Shown: positions 15,975-29,590 of the stretch, piece by piece
Position numbering within the stretch: the stretch's first letter is position 1
Layout: each line of letters opens with the position of its first letter
Origin: an uncultured delta proteobacterium
Lineage (GTDB): Bacteria > Myxococcota > Myxococcia > Myxococcales > Anaeromyxobacteraceae
DNA length: 64,000 nt
Reading direction: 5' to 3'
NCBI GenBank assembly: GCA_963766715.1
Contig: CAVYBH010000001.1
Coordinates: 1-64,000 of the forward strand
Position numbers and translations under genes: made by a program
Notes under the pieces: generated by a model
What the model was told of the DNA's origin: nothing
Databases searched by the model: none
What the model saw: the letters and a program-made list of their open reading frames with translations, nothing else

Positions 15975-16760
15975 ATGGCGAGCCGAAAGCGCGCGAAGGA
16001 CGGGGCCGAGCCGCAGGGGGGCGGATACGAAGGGCCGGAGGTGCTGACCGCGCTCCTGCTGCGGGCCGGGTCGCCCCATGGCGCCGAGGAGGTGGCCGAT
16101 CACTTCCGCGCGGCCTGCGCCGCGGGGGAGCCTCGCAGCGACGTCATCCCGTCCCTCTTCCCGGCCGAGCCGCACTTCGAGACGCCGGACGCGGCGCGCC
16201 GGCTCTACGCCAACCTGTTCGGGCTCTGGGAGCGGGTCGCCGCCGGGCTCGGACCCGACGCCGACGAGCCGGTCGCGGTGACGCCGCCCTCGCCGCCGCC
16301 GGAGCGGGGCAACGTCGACGGGCGCGTCCTGCCCCCGCCGTTCGTCGAGGCGGCCTGGCGCTGGATGGCCTCCCTTCCCGGGCGCGAGGTCACCCGGCTG
16401 CGCGACCGGTTCCAGAACCTCCAGCCCGACCTCGACGCCTGGCTCGGCGAGGTGGAGCTGCCGGAGACGGGGGGGCTCGCCGCCCACGACCTGGTCTTCG
16501 AGGCCTGGGTCATGTTCAATCGGGCCTTCGACGACCGGCTCGGGGACGTCGAGTGGAAGGAGCTGCGGGAGCTCGAGGGAGAGCCGCCCGCGCTCGAGAG
16601 CGTGCAGCCGGCGCTCGCCACCTACGTCGGCGAGCAGCTCGACAACCTGCAGGACGAGGAGCCGGACTTCGGTCCTCCGGAGCGCGCGCAGGTCGAGCGG
16701 GTCATCGCCGCCGCCGGCGCGGCGCTCACGCGCGTGGTCGCCGAGGACGGGACGTCGTAG
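15975..16760 (+). CDS. Hypothetical protein (acidic, helical)
   Basis: Clean ORF with GC-rich third positions and a GGAG RBS; no recognised motif. Confidence 0.7.
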   Translation: MASRKRAKDGAEPQGGGYEGPEVLTALLLRAGSPHGAEEVADHFRAACAAGEPRSDVIPSLFPAEPHFETPDAARRLYANLFGLWERVAAGLGPDADEPVAVTPPSPPPERGNVDGRVLPPPFVEAAWRWMASLPGREVTRLRDRFQNLQPDLDAWLGEVELPETGGLAAHDLVFEAWVMFNRAFDDRLGDVEWKELRELEGEPPALESVQPALATYVGEQLDNLQDEEPDFGPPERAQVERVIAAAGAALTRVVAEDGTS

Positions 16761-16781
16761 GGCGGCCCGTCCGCGCCTCGG

Positions 16782-17459
16782 TCACCCGGCGTCGTCCCCG
16801 CGCTCGAACCGGTCGAGCGAGCCAAGCCACGCCGTGGCGGCCGAGAGGTTCCGCCCGGCCAGGTCGTCGGCCAGTCGCTGGAGGAACGGGTGCCCGGGGA
16901 GGCGACCGGCGAGACGCCGCGCCAGGGCGACGCCGGCCGGGATGGCCAGGATCCCCAGGGCGACGTTGGCGGCGAGCCAGGGGGCCCCGAGCGCCCGGTA
17001 GGCGTCCACGCCCAGGGCGGCGAGCGCCACCACGAGAAGCGGCGTCCAGAGCAGGGGGGCGAGGAGGAAGACCGCGAGCGACGCCCGGCTCCGCTCCGCC
17101 TTCCGTTCCTGGAGGCGATCGCTGGCTCGCCACCACCGGTCCGGCGAGGTCGATTCGCCCCACCAGGATCAGGTGGCGCACCGTCGCCGCGCCCGTGCCG
17201 GCGAAGAAGGCGAGCAGGAGGAGGGCCGGGAGGGCGAAGCGGGGCTCCCCGGCGTGGCCGGCGACGAAGTTGCCCAGCCAGGCGATGGCGACGAGCGTCG
17301 AGCGCGAGGCCCGGGAGGCGCAGCGCCAGCTCCCGTCGCGCGTAGCTCCTCATCCGCCGCTCCACCGACTCCCGCAGCAGGCGCCGATCGAGGCGGATGC
17401 AGGCGTCGAGCTTCCGGTCGAGCGACTTCCACGTCTCCTGCAGCAGCGTCGAGCTCCAT
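16782..17459 (-). CDS. Membrane protein, probable anti-sigma partner (frameshifted)
   Basis: [27 protein letters not shown] start; several TM segments; follows the ECF sigma. Confidence 0.6.
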
Positions 17460-17470
17460 GTGCTCCTCCT

Positions 17471-17995
17471 TCACCTTCCGGTTCCCTGCGGGATCCAGCT
17501 CGCGCCGCAGCCGTTCCTTGATCCGCCCGAGGCGCGTCGCCACGTTCCCCTCCGAGATGCCGAGCGCCGCGCCGATCTCGGCGTGCCGGAGCCCGTCCAG
17601 GTGCAGGAGGACGAGCGCGCGGCTCAGCTCGTCGAGCGCGGCCACCCGGTCGAGGAGGCGGGTGACGTCGGCCGACTCGTCGGCGAGCGCCCGGTCGGCG
17701 TCGGCCACGTCGAGGCCGAACTGCTCGAGAGGGAGCACGTCCAGCGGCGTCGCGACTCGCGGCGGCGGAACGAGATCGCCACGTTGAGCGCGATCCGGTA
17801 CGCCCAGGTCGAGAAGGGCATCCCCTCGTCGTAGCGATCGAACGACCGCCAGAGCTGGAGCACCATCTCCTGGAGCAGGTCGGCGCGCTCCTGGGGGTCC
17901 CGGCTCCAGGCCCGGGCGACCTTGTAGAGGACCCGCTTCGCCGCCTCGAGCCGGTCGAGGAAGCGATCGGAGGGAGCCGGGGAGTCACCTGCCAT
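17471..17995 (-). CDS. ECF sigma-70 factor (frameshifted)
   Basis: DLLQEMVLQLWRSFDRYD..FSTWAYRIALNVAI; LHLDGLRHAEIGAALGISEGNVATRLGRIK. Confidence 0.88.
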
Positions 17996-18050
17996 GATTG
18001 GTGATTCGCGCGAGGCCCGCGAATCTCACACGCGCCGCGTCGATTTCCGG

Positions 18051-18843
18051 CTACTTCGGCAGCCCGTTCACGAAGTCGAGGAGCGCGGCGTCGAAGGCGG
18101 CCGGGTTCTCCACGTTGGGCAGGTGCCCGGCGCCGGGGATCCGCGCGAGCCTGGACCCCTTGATGCCCGCCACCATCTTCTCGGCCTCGGCCGGTGGGGT
18201 GAGCGTGTCCTCGGCGCCGACCACCACCAGCGTGGGGCAGGCGATGGCGGCGAGCGTGGAGGTCGAGTCGGGGCGGCGCGCCATCCCGCGCTGGGCGGCG
18301 GCCACGCCGGCCGGGGTGCCCTGGCCGATGAGGGCGCGCACCTCGCGCACCGCCGCCGGGTCGGGCTGGGGGCGGAGGAGCTTGGGGGTCATCTCGTCGG
18401 CCACCCAGTGCAACCCCTTCTCCAGCGCGTTCTTGCGCGAAGACCTCGCGGCCCGCCGCGCCCTCCGGCGTGTCGGCGCCGGGGCGGGTGTCGCAGAGGG
18501 CCAGGCCGCGGAAGAGGCCCGGACGCTGCCGGTAGAGCTCGAAGGAGAGGTAGCCGCCCATCGAGAGGCCGACCACCACCGCCCGGTCGACCCGGAGGCT
18601 TCCGAGCAGGCCCAGGACCTGCTCGGCCAGCACCTCCATGGTGGAGGGCTCGGGACGCGGGGTGCTCTTCCCCAGGCCGGGGTAGTCGGGGGCGATGACG
18701 CGGAAGCGCGGAGACAGGGCCGCGATCTGCCGCGACCACATCCCGGAGTGCAGCGGGAAGGCGTGCAGGAGGACGACGACGTCCTTGCCGTTGCCCGAGT
18801 CCTGGTAGTGAATCTTCGCGCCGACGAGGTCGCTGACGGGCAT
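18051..18843 (-). CDS. Alpha/beta fold hydrolase (frameshifted)
   Basis: LLHAFP, GLSMGG nucleophile elbow, GAEDTLTP, GAGHLPNVE. Confidence 0.88.
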
Positions 18844-18912
18844 GAGGGCGCTCCCTCCCCTGGAGCGCCCTCATCATGGCCACGGCCGGGGCCGCGGAGC
18901 AAACCGCGGGCG

Positions 18913-20906
18913 CTACTTCGCGGCGGCCGGCGCGACCACCTTCACCGCGGCGGTCGACCCGGGCACCTTGCCCCCCTGCGGGAGCGGCTCGATGCGGCCG
19001 CCCAGGCAGTCGGCCAGGAAGGCCTCCGACCGGGCGAAGAAGTCGAGCCGGTTCTCCGGGCGGGCGAAGCCGTGCCCCTCGTCGGAGTAGACGACGTAGG
19101 TCACCGGGAGCCCCTTCGCCTCCATGGCGGCCACGATCTGCTCCGACTCCTTCTGCGTCACGCGCGGGATCGTTCGCGCCCTGGCCGATGAGGAGCGGCT
19201 TCTTGATGTCGCCGACCTTGAAGAGCGGCGAGCGGGCCTCCATGTCGGCCTTCTCGGCGGGGACCTTGGGGTTGCCGACGAAGGGATACCAGGTCGAGGC
19301 GAGGAACGGCCCCCAGTAGGGCGGGAAGCTCTCGATGAGGGTGACGAGGTTCGACGGCCCGACGATGTCCACGCCGCAGGCGAAGACGTCCGGGGTGAAG
19401 GTCATGCCCACGAGCGTGGCGTACCCACCGTACGAGCCGCCCAGGATGGCCACCTTCTTCGGATTGGCGATGCCGGTCTTCACGGCCCAGTTCACCGCGT
19501 CGACGAGGTCGTCGTGCATCTTCGCGGCGAACTGCTTCATGGCGGCGTTCTTGAAGTTCTTCCCGAAGCCGGTGGAGCCGCGGTAGTTCACCTGGAGCAC
19601 CGCGTAGCCGCGGTTGGCGAGCCACTGGGGCACGGAGCTGTAGCCCCATTCGTCGCGCGCCCACGGCCCGCCGTGGACGAAGAGGACCATGGGCAGGTCC
19701 TTGGGCGGCACGCCGGGCGGCAGCGTGAGGTAGGCGGGCAGCGAGAGGCCGTCGCGGGCCTTGATCTCCAGCACCTCCATCGGCGCGAGCCGCTCCTTCT
19801 CGAGCTGCGGCCGGGCCGCGAAGAGGAAGGTGGCCTTCTGGCTGGCGCGGTCCCAGGCGTAGAAGCGCGCGGGCGAGAGGTCGCTCGAGAAGGCGACGAG
19901 CCAGGTCTTGCCGGCCTTGTCGCGGTTCAGGACGTCCAGCTCGCCGCCGTTCACCGCCGCGAGCGCGGCGAGGTCCTTCTGGATGGACGGGTCCACCACC
20001 TCCCAGCGGAGGCGCCCGCGCTTGAAGCCCACCGCCTGGAGCTTGTCGGTGGCGTCGTCGTAGAGGAAGCCCGTGGCGTCCACCGACGGATCGGCGGCGA
20101 CGACCTTGCCCTTGCCCGTCTTCAGATCCACGAGCTCGACCACCTGGGTGTCGTGGCCGAGGTTCGTGAGGACGAGGAGCCCCTTGCCGTCCGGCGTCGG
20201 GGCGATCACGGCGGTGTTGTCGTTGACGCCCCACTTGCGGAGCGTCTTCCAGCCCTTGCCGTCGCGGATCTCGATGGCGCCGCCGCCGTCGGGGAGGTTG
20301 GTCTGGCGCCCGACCACCTGCAGCTTCCGGTTCACGATCCAGTCGCCCACGTTTCCGGGGTTCGTCTCCACCGGGGTGAGCGCGCCGGTCGCGAGGTCGA
20401 GCCTCCAGACGTCGAACACGGCCTTGTCGCGCCGGTTCATCCCCACGAGCACCTGCCCCGGGACCTCGGGCGAGGATGCCTGACGAGCTCCGCCCGCACG
20501 CCCGCGATGGGGGTCATGTCGCGGTCCTCGTTCGATGGCGAGGTTCACCACGTGGAGGTGGTTGTTCTCGTCGCCGTCGGTGTCCTGCCCGTAGAGGAGG
20601 TCGCCGTTCCAGGCCCAGGAATAGTTGCGGATGCCGCGCTTCCGGTCGGCCGAGACCTTCCGCGCGTCCTCCTTGCCGACGGTCTGCACCCAGATCTGCA
20701 GCACGTTCTTCTCGTCGGGGGCGATGAAGGCGAGCTTGGTGCCGTCCGGCGAGATCTTGGGCAGCGTCTTCGGCGGGTTGCCGAAGATGGTGTCGCGGGG
20801 GATGAGGGACGGCGGCCCCTCGTCGGCCGCGAGGGCCGGCGAGAGGGCGCAGAGGAACAGCGCGGCGAGCGAGACCGGCCGCGAGGCGAAGGATCCGTGC
20901 GTTCAT
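18913..20906 (-). CDS. Secreted S9-family peptidase, copy 1 (frameshifted)
   Basis: Signal peptide; VHGGPWARD, GGSYGGY, GQGANDP, DEGHGFARPEN. Confidence 0.92.
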
Positions 20907-20916
20907 GTGGTCCTCC

Positions 20917-22896
<1,980 letters not shown>

Positions 22897-23022
22897 GGAT
22901 CCTCCTCCCAAAGGTCAGGTCCTACTGGAATCGCCTCCTTATATTTCGGCGGTGGCCCACTTCAAGCGCGCACCCCCTATTGGGAGCGCGGGGAGGGGGC
23001 GAATCCGGGATAAGGGGACGGC

Positions 23023-24468
23023 ATGGCATCGGAACCGGGCGCCGCGCGCGCCGGAATCGGCTACTTCGACCGCTTCGGCGTGACCGAGCGGACCCTGCGG
23101 GAGGCGCTCTCGGCCGCGCTCTCGCGGGGAGGGGACTTCGCCGACGTCTTCTTCCAGCACCGGGTCGAGACCGACCTCGCGCTGGAGGACGGCGCGGTGA
23201 ACCGCGGCTTCGCCTCGGTGGAGCTCGGCGTGGGCGTACGCGTGGTGAAGGGCGACCAGACCGGCTACGGCTACACCGAGGACCTGTCGCTCCCCGCCAT
23301 CGTGGCCGCCGCCCGCACCGCCGCCACCATCGCGGACGGGGCCGCCGTCGACGCCCCGGCCCGGCTGCACCTGGCCCCGCGCCTGGGCGGCCGGTACCCG
23401 GCGATCCAGCCGGGGGAGGGCGAGGGCATCGCCACCCGGCTCCCCATCCTCGAGGCGGTCAACGCGCGGCTGCTCGCCGCCGACCCCAGCGTGCGCAAGG
23501 TGAACGTCCACCTGCACGACGAGACCGGCGCGGTCCTCGTCGCCGACTCGAGCGGCCGGGTGGTCGAGGACCTGCAGCCCATGGCGCTGCTCTCCGCGTC
23601 GATCCTGGCCGAGCGCGGGAGCCGTCGCGAGCAGAACGGCTACAACGTGGCCGGCCGGGCCGGAGCCGACTTCTACTCCAAGGATCGCATCGACCGGCTG
23701 GTGGCCGAGGCCTGGGCCCGCACCGCCATCCTCTTCGACGCCGACCAGCCCCCCGCCGGCGAGATGCCGGTGGTGCTCGCCGCCGGGTCCTCCGGGATCC
23801 TGCTCCACGAGGCCATCGGCCACGGCATGGAGGCCGACTTCAACCGCAAGGGCATCTCCATCTACGCCGACAAGCTGGGGAAGCCGGTGGCCGCGCCGTT
23901 CGTCTCCATCGTCGACGACGGGACCGAGCCCGGGGCGCGGGGCTCGATCCACGTGGACGACGAGGGCAACCCCGCCGGCCGGACCGTGCTCGTCGAGAAC
24001 GGGGTGCTCGCCTCCTACCTGCACGACGCCATCTCGGCGCGCCACTACCGGGTGGCGCCCACCGGCAACGGGCGGCGCGAGAGCTACCGCTATCCGCCGC
24101 TCCCGCGCATGCGCTCCACGTACATGCTGCCCGGGCCCCACGAGAAGGAGGAGATCATCCGCTCGGTGAAGCGGGGCATCTACTGCCAGACCTTCTCGAA
24201 CGGCCAGGTCCAGATCGGCGCCGGAGACTTCACCTTCTTCGTGAAGAACGGCTGGCTCATCGAGGACGGCCGGCTCACCCGGCCCATCAAGGACGTGAAC
24301 CTCATCGGGAACGGGCCGAAGGCGCTCGAGAAGGTGGACATGGTGTCGAACGACCTGGCGGTGGACGAGGGCGGCTGGACCTGCGGCAAGGACGGCCAGA
24401 GCGTGCCGGTCTCGCAGGGGCTCCCCACCGTGCGGGTCTCCTCCATGACCGTGGGCGGGAGGGGTTGA
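23023..24468 (+). CDS. tldD: TldD metalloprotease subunit
   Basis: LLHEAIGHGMEAD, DDEG, TGNGRRESY..PRMRSTY, CGKDGQSVPV. Confidence 0.93.
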   Translation: MASEPGAARAGIGYFDRFGVTERTLREALSAALSRGGDFADVFFQHRVETDLALEDGAVNRGFASVELGVGVRVVKGDQTGYGYTEDLSLPAIVAAARTAATIADGAAVDAPARLHLAPRLGGRYPAIQPGEGEGIATRLPILEAVNARLLAADPSVRKVNVHLHDETGAVLVADSSGRVVEDLQPMALLSASILAERGSRREQNGYNVAGRAGADFYSKDRIDRLVAEAWARTAILFDADQPPAGEMPVVLAAGSSGILLHEAIGHGMEADFNRKGISIYADKLGKPVAAPFVSIVDDGTEPGARGSIHVDDEGNPAGRTVLVENGVLASYLHDAISARHYRVAPTGNGRRESYRYPPLPRMRSTYMLPGPHEKEEIIRSVKRGIYCQTFSNGQVQIGAGDFTFFVKNGWLIEDGRLTRPIKDVNLIGNGPKALEKVDMVSNDLAVDEGGWTCGKDGQSVPVSQGLPTVRVSSMTVGGRG

Positions 24469-24470
24469 CC

Positions 24471-25797
24471 GTGGGTGACGAGCTGCTGGAGGCGGCGCGC
24501 GCCGCGGTCCGCCTGGCCCAGAGGAACGGAGCCCAGGAGGCGGCCGCCGCCGCGTCGCGGGCCCGCCAGGTCGAGCTCTCCTGGCGCGACGGCCGGGTGG
24601 AGACGGCCAGCGAGTCCACCACGCGCGGACTGGGCATCGACCTCTACGTCGACGGGCGCTACGCCTCCGTCTCCACGAGCGACCTGCGCCCCGAGGCCAT
24701 CGAGCGGCTGGTGGCCGACGGGGTGGCGCTCACCCGGGCGCTGGCGCCGGATCCGCACCGCAGGCTGCCCGACCCGGCGCTCTACGCCGGGCGAGCCGAC
24801 GTCGACCTCCAGCTCGCCGATCCCGACTACGATCGGCACGACGCGCTGGCGCGCCGGCGGGCGGCGGCCGAGGTCGAGGAGGCCGCCCGGGCCACGCCCG
24901 GCGCCGACCGCATCGTCTCGGTCTCGGCCAGCGTGGGCGACACCTCCGCCGAGCGGGTGCTCGTCACCTCCAACGGCTTCGAGGGGGCGCGCGCGGGAAC
25001 CGACTACGGCATGGCCGCCGAGGTGAGCGTGTCCGATCCGGACGGGCGCCGCCCGGAGGACTGGGACGCGGCCACCGCGAGGTTCCTCTCCGACCTGCCC
25101 GCGCCGGCGCTCATCGGTCGCGGCGCCGCGGAGCGCGCGCTGTCCCGCATCGGATCCGAGAAGGGGGAGTCGGCGGTGACGCCGGTGCTGGTCGACGCCC
25201 GGGCCGCGGGCCGGCTCCTCGGCGCCCTGCTCGGCGCGCTCTCCGGGGCGGCCCTCCAGCAGAAGCGATCCTTCCTGGAGGGGAAGCTGGGGGAGGCGGT
25301 GGGCAGCGAGTGGCTCGACGTCACCGACGACCCGCTCGTGGTCCGGGGCCTGGGATCGCGCCTGTGGGACGGGGAGGGGATCGCCGCCCGGCCGTTTCCG
25401 GTCTTCGAGCGCGGCGTGCTGCGCACGCTACTACGTCGACACCTACTACGGGCGAAAGCTCTCCATGGCGCCCACGACGTCCCGGGTCTCCAACCTGGCC
25501 TGGCGCCTCGGACCCGACGGGCGGGACGCGCTGGCCGCCCGCATGGGCGACGGCCTGCTCGTCACCGGCTTCCTGGGCGGCAACTCGAATTCCACCACCG
25601 GTGACTTCTCCCTGGGCGTGCAGGGCTTCCGGGTGCGGGGCGGCCGCCTGGCCGGGCCGGTGGGGGAGATGAACGCCTCCGGCAACCTCCGGGAGCTCTG
25701 GACCCGGCTCGCCGGCGTGGGCAACGATCCGTACCGGTACAGCTCGATGCGCACGCCCAGCCTGCTGTTCTCGGGTATCCAGATCGCGGGACGCTGA
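24471..25797 (+). CDS. pmbA: TldE/PmbA subunit (frameshifted)
   Basis: Follows tldD; SFLEGKLG, DDP..GLGSRLWDGEG, NSTTGDFSLG, SGNL; lacks HExxxH. Confidence 0.85.
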
Positions 25798-25824
25798 GGC
25801 TGGCACGCCGCGCGGGCGACGCGG

Positions 25825-26442
25825 TCACGCCGCGAGCCAGCGAAAGCCCGCCTCGGCTTCCCGCCGGAGCGCGCTGAGATCCTCGAGGAAGAGGTGCGTC
25901 GCGCCCGGAACGACGGCCAGGCGGCGCAGATCGGCCGGACCGGCCATGAGCCTCGTCACCTCCTCCACCGAGCCGAACTCGTCGGCGTCGGCCTGCACCG
26001 CCGCCACGCGCTTCGGGCAGCCGGGCAGGAAGGCGAGCGAGAGCGTGCGCGAGGCCAGGCCGACCGCCAGGATCCCCCCGACCTCCGGCTCGGCGCACCC
26101 CAGCTGGAGGGCGATCCAGCTGCCGAAGGACATCCCGCCGGTGAGGAGCGGCAGGGCGGGAAGGCGGCCGGCCAGCCACAGGAGCGCCGCCCGGGCGTCG
26201 GCCAGCTCTCCCGGCCCGCCCGTGTGCACCCCCTCCGACCGCCCGACGCCGCGGAACTGGATCCGCAGCGCGGCGCCGCCGGCCGAGAGCGCCGCCTTGG
26301 CGATGCCGTAGGTGGCGTGGTTGTGCATGGTCCCCCCGAAGAGCGGATGGGGGTGGAGCACCAGCGCCGCGAAGCGGGGGTTCGAGGGGAGCTCGAGGAT
26401 CCCCTCGAGGCGTCCGGCGGGTCCGGGGATGTCGACGTGCAT
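25825..26442 (-). CDS. Alpha/beta hydrolase
   Basis: GPAGRLEG, HPHPLFGGTMHN, FRGVGRSEG, GMSFGS, GATHLF. Confidence 0.88.
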   Translation of the reverse strand: MHVDIPGPAGRLEGILELPSNPRFAALVLHPHPLFGGTMHNHATYGIAKAALSAGGAALRIQFRGVGRSEGVHTGGPGELADARAALLWLAGRLPALPLLTGGMSFGSWIALQLGCAEPEVGGILAVGLASRTLSLAFLPGCPKRVAAVQADADEFGSVEEVTRLMAGPADLRRLAVVPGATHLFLEDLSALRREAEAGFRWLAA

Positions 26443-26515
26443 GGCGCGGAGGGGGCCCAGTAGACCCTGGCCGCCCGTCGGCGTCCACGCCGGATCGGTG
26501 CTATGCCTCGGGGGT

Positions 26516-27796
26516 ATGGATGCCCTCTCCGGCTCGGCCCCCGGGCTGGCGGTCGCGGCGGTGGCGCTCGTCGTGCTGCGCGCGGCGGCGGCCGCCTTCG
26601 AGGCGGCGCAGACCGCGCTCGGGGTTCCCCGCGCCGAGGCGCTGGCCGCCGATCCGGACGCCGGGCGCCGGGCCCGGAGCCTGGGGCGGCTGGTGGCGCG
26701 GCCGGAGGCGACCGCGGCGGCCATGCGACTGCTGGTGGCGATCGTCTCGCTCTCGGCGGGCGCGTGCTTCGCCGCCTCGGCCGCGGCGCTGCCGTCCGGC
26801 CCGTCCGTCATGCCCGTGGCCGGAGCGGTCGTGCTGGGGGCGTTCCTCACCGTGGCGCTCGCGTCGGCCGGGAGGCGCATCGGGGCGGCCCACCCCGAGC
26901 CGGTGGCCCTGGGACTCGCGCCGCTGGTGGCGGCCGTCTCCTTCGTGCTCGCGCCCGTGGCCCAGCTCCTGGGGCTGGCGGTGTCTCCCCTGGCCGGAGG
27001 AGCCGGGCGCTTCACCTTGCCGCTGCCTCCCCTCGAGGAGGTGGAGCGCGCGCTCGCCGCCCATGCCCGGTCCAAGGACCCGGCCGACCACACGAGCGAG
27101 CTCATCCACCGCGTGCTCCAGTTCCGCGAGAAGGTGGCGCGCGACATCATGGTCCCGCGCACCGACGTCATGGCGGTCGACGTCGACATGCCGGTGCCGG
27201 AGATCATCCTGCGGCTGGCCGAGGACGGCCACTCCCGCGTCCCGGTCTACGAGGGGAGCCTGGACCGGGTGGTGGGCATCCTGCACGCCCGCGACCTCGT
27301 CCCGTTGCTCGCGCACCCCGAGGTCATCGTGCTGCGCGACCTGCTCCGCCCTCCCACGTTCGTGCCCTGGTCCACGCCGGTGCAGGTCCTGCTCCGCGAC
27401 ATGCAGCGCAAGCACCAGCACATGATGGTGGTGGTGGACGAGTACGGCGGGATCATGGGCGCGGTCACGCTGGAGGACGTCCTCGAGGAGATCGTCGGCG
27501 AGATCCGCGACGAGTGGGACACCGACGAGGGCGGGGCGGTGGAGTCGCTCCCCGACGGCAGCTTCGCCGTCCGGGGGGACGCGCCGGTGGGCGAGTTCAA
27601 CCTGGCCACCGGGGCCCGCGTCCCGCTCCAGGACGACTACGAGACCGTGGCCGGGTTCCTGAACGCGCTGGCGGGCGCCATCCCGGCCAAGGGCGACAAG
27701 CTCCAGTGGCGCGACTGGCGGTTCACCATCAGCGAAACGGACGGGCGGCGCGCCACCCGGGTCCGGGCCATCCGCGAGCGGCGAACCACCGGGTGA
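26516..27796 (+). CDS. Hemolysin/CNNM (TM-CBS-CorC) family protein
   Basis: TM N-terminus; IMVPRTD, HSRVPVY, VVDEYGG..VTLEDVLEEIVGEI, YETVAG. Confidence 0.9.
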   Translation: MDALSGSAPGLAVAAVALVVLRAAAAAFEAAQTALGVPRAEALAADPDAGRRARSLGRLVARPEATAAAMRLLVAIVSLSAGACFAASAAALPSGPSVMPVAGAVVLGAFLTVALASAGRRIGAAHPEPVALGLAPLVAAVSFVLAPVAQLLGLAVSPLAGGAGRFTLPLPPLEEVERALAAHARSKDPADHTSELIHRVLQFREKVARDIMVPRTDVMAVDVDMPVPEIILRLAEDGHSRVPVYEGSLDRVVGILHARDLVPLLAHPEVIVLRDLLRPPTFVPWSTPVQVLLRDMQRKHQHMMVVVDEYGGIMGAVTLEDVLEEIVGEIRDEWDTDEGGAVESLPDGSFAVRGDAPVGEFNLATGARVPLQDDYETVAGFLNALAGAIPAKGDKLQWRDWRFTISETDGRRATRVRAIRERRTTG

Positions 27797-27848
27797 CCGG
27801 GGCGGCCCAGGCGTGGTAGGACCGGCCAACCTTGCCGTGGAGGTTCCC

Positions 27849-28142
27849 GTGTACGTCATCGCCATCATCCGCTACCGCAAGCCGATCGACGAGGTCGTGA
27901 AGCTCGTCGACGCCCACCGCGCCTACCTGGGGACGCTGAAGCAGAAGGGCTGGCTGGTCGCGTCCGGGCCGCTCGAGCCCCGCAACGGCGGCGCCGTCCT
28001 GCTGCGGCTGCCCGACGCCCTGCCCGACGCGGACCTCCTCGCCATCCGCGACCAGGATCCGTACGTCGTGGGCGGCGTCGCCCAGTGGGAACTGCTCCCG
28101 TGGAATCCGGTGGTGGGCAAGGAGAACCTGGACCGGGCCTGA
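27849..28142 (+). CDS. YciI-family protein
   Basis: AHRAYL, SGPLEPRNGG, DPY motifs. Confidence 0.85.
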   Translation: MYVIAIIRYRKPIDEVVKLVDAHRAYLGTLKQKGWLVASGPLEPRNGGAVLLRLPDALPDADLLAIRDQDPYVVGGVAQWELLPWNPVVGKENLDRA

Positions 28143-28160
28143 GCCCGGACCGGACTCCGC

Positions 28161-29447
28161 ATGGCCGAGCTCGCCGTCGAGAGCGCGCCGGAGAGGCCGC
28201 GCCCGCCGCCCGTCGATCGCTGGGTGGCGCTGGTGCTCCTCAGCCTGGCGATGTTCGGCAACTACTACGTCTACGACACCATCGCGCCGGTCGCCGACCT
28301 CCTGGCCAGCCAGCTCGGCTTCAACGACGAGCAGATCGGCCTCCTCTACTCGACCTACAGCTGGGCGGCGGTCCTGGTGCTGCTCGCCGGCGGGGTCATC
28401 ATCGACCGGTTCGGGACCAAGAAGTCGATCCTCCTCTTCGCCGCCATCACCACCGCGGCCGGCGTGCTCACCGCCGTCTCCTCCGACTTCCGCGTGATGG
28501 CCGCCGGGCGCTTCCTGCTCGGCGTGGGGGCCGAGCCGCTCATCGTCGCGGTGACCACGGCGCTCGCCAAGTGGTTCAAGGGGAAGGAGCTCTCCTTCGC
28601 CTTCGGGCTCAACCTCACCATCGCCCGGCTCGGATCGGTGGCCGCGGACAACTCCCCGACCTGGGCGCGCGCCTGGTACTCCGGGTGGCAGCCGCCGCTC
28701 CAGATCGGCGCGATCCTGGGAGCCACCTGCGTGGTGGCCGGCGTCCTGTACTGGATGCTCGAGAGCCGGGTGGCGCGCCGCTACCAGCTCGGGTCGGCGG
28801 GAGGCACCGACAAGCTCGTGCTCCGCGACCTCTTCGCGTTCGGCAAGTCGTACTGGTACGTGGTGGCGCTCTGCCTGGCCTTCTACTCGGCGATCTTCCC
28901 GTTCCGCTCCTTCGCCATCAAGTTCTTCATGGACGGGCGCGGCGTGAGCCGGGAGGCGGCCGGGGCGCTGAACAGCGTGCTGCCGCTGGCGGCCATGTTC
29001 GCGACGCCGCTCTTCGGGCTGCTCGCCGACCGGATCGGCCACCGGGCGCTGCTCATGGCGCTGGGCTCGGCGACGCTCATCCCGGTGTATCTGATGATGG
29101 TCTACACGAGCGCGCCCCTCTGGCTCGTCATCGTGTTCATGGGCATCGCCTTCTCGCTCATCCCGGCCGTGATGTGGCCGTCGGTGGCCTACCTCGTCCC
29201 GGAGGGACGGCTGGGCACGGCCTACGCGCTCATGACGCTGGTGCAGCAGGTCGGGCTCGCCGGCATGAACTGGCTCATCGGCTGGACGAACGACGTGGCG
29301 CACGCCAGCGCCGCCAACCCCGCCGGCTACCGGCCGGGCATGTGGATCTTCACCGTGCTCGGGTTCCTCGGGCTCTTCTTCTCCTGGATGCTCTACCGCT
29401 CGGAGCGCAGCCCTTCGGGGCACGGCCTGGAGACGCGGGCGGGCTAG
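28161..29447 (+). CDS. MFS transporter
   Basis: About 12 TM; GVIIDRFGTK and GLLADRIGHR MFS motif A. Confidence 0.92.
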   Translation: MAELAVESAPERPRPPPVDRWVALVLLSLAMFGNYYVYDTIAPVADLLASQLGFNDEQIGLLYSTYSWAAVLVLLAGGVIIDRFGTKKSILLFAAITTAAGVLTAVSSDFRVMAAGRFLLGVGAEPLIVAVTTALAKWFKGKELSFAFGLNLTIARLGSVAADNSPTWARAWYSGWQPPLQIGAILGATCVVAGVLYWMLESRVARRYQLGSAGGTDKLVLRDLFAFGKSYWYVVALCLAFYSAIFPFRSFAIKFFMDGRGVSREAAGALNSVLPLAAMFATPLFGLLADRIGHRALLMALGSATLIPVYLMMVYTSAPLWLVIVFMGIAFSLIPAVMWPSVAYLVPEGRLGTAYALMTLVQQVGLAGMNWLIGWTNDVAHASAANPAGYRPGMWIFTVLGFLGLFFSWMLYRSERSPSGHGLETRAG

Positions 29448-29590
29448 CCGGGCGCCCGGCCAGGCCGCCGTCCCGGGCGGGTCCAGATATCCCCCGGTAC
29501 CGATTGCGTTTTTCGGTCGGGTTCCCTACACTCGGCCGGTGCAAGGTCTCGGGATCGTTCGTGGATCCCGACTGGCGGGTGGAGGCGGGG

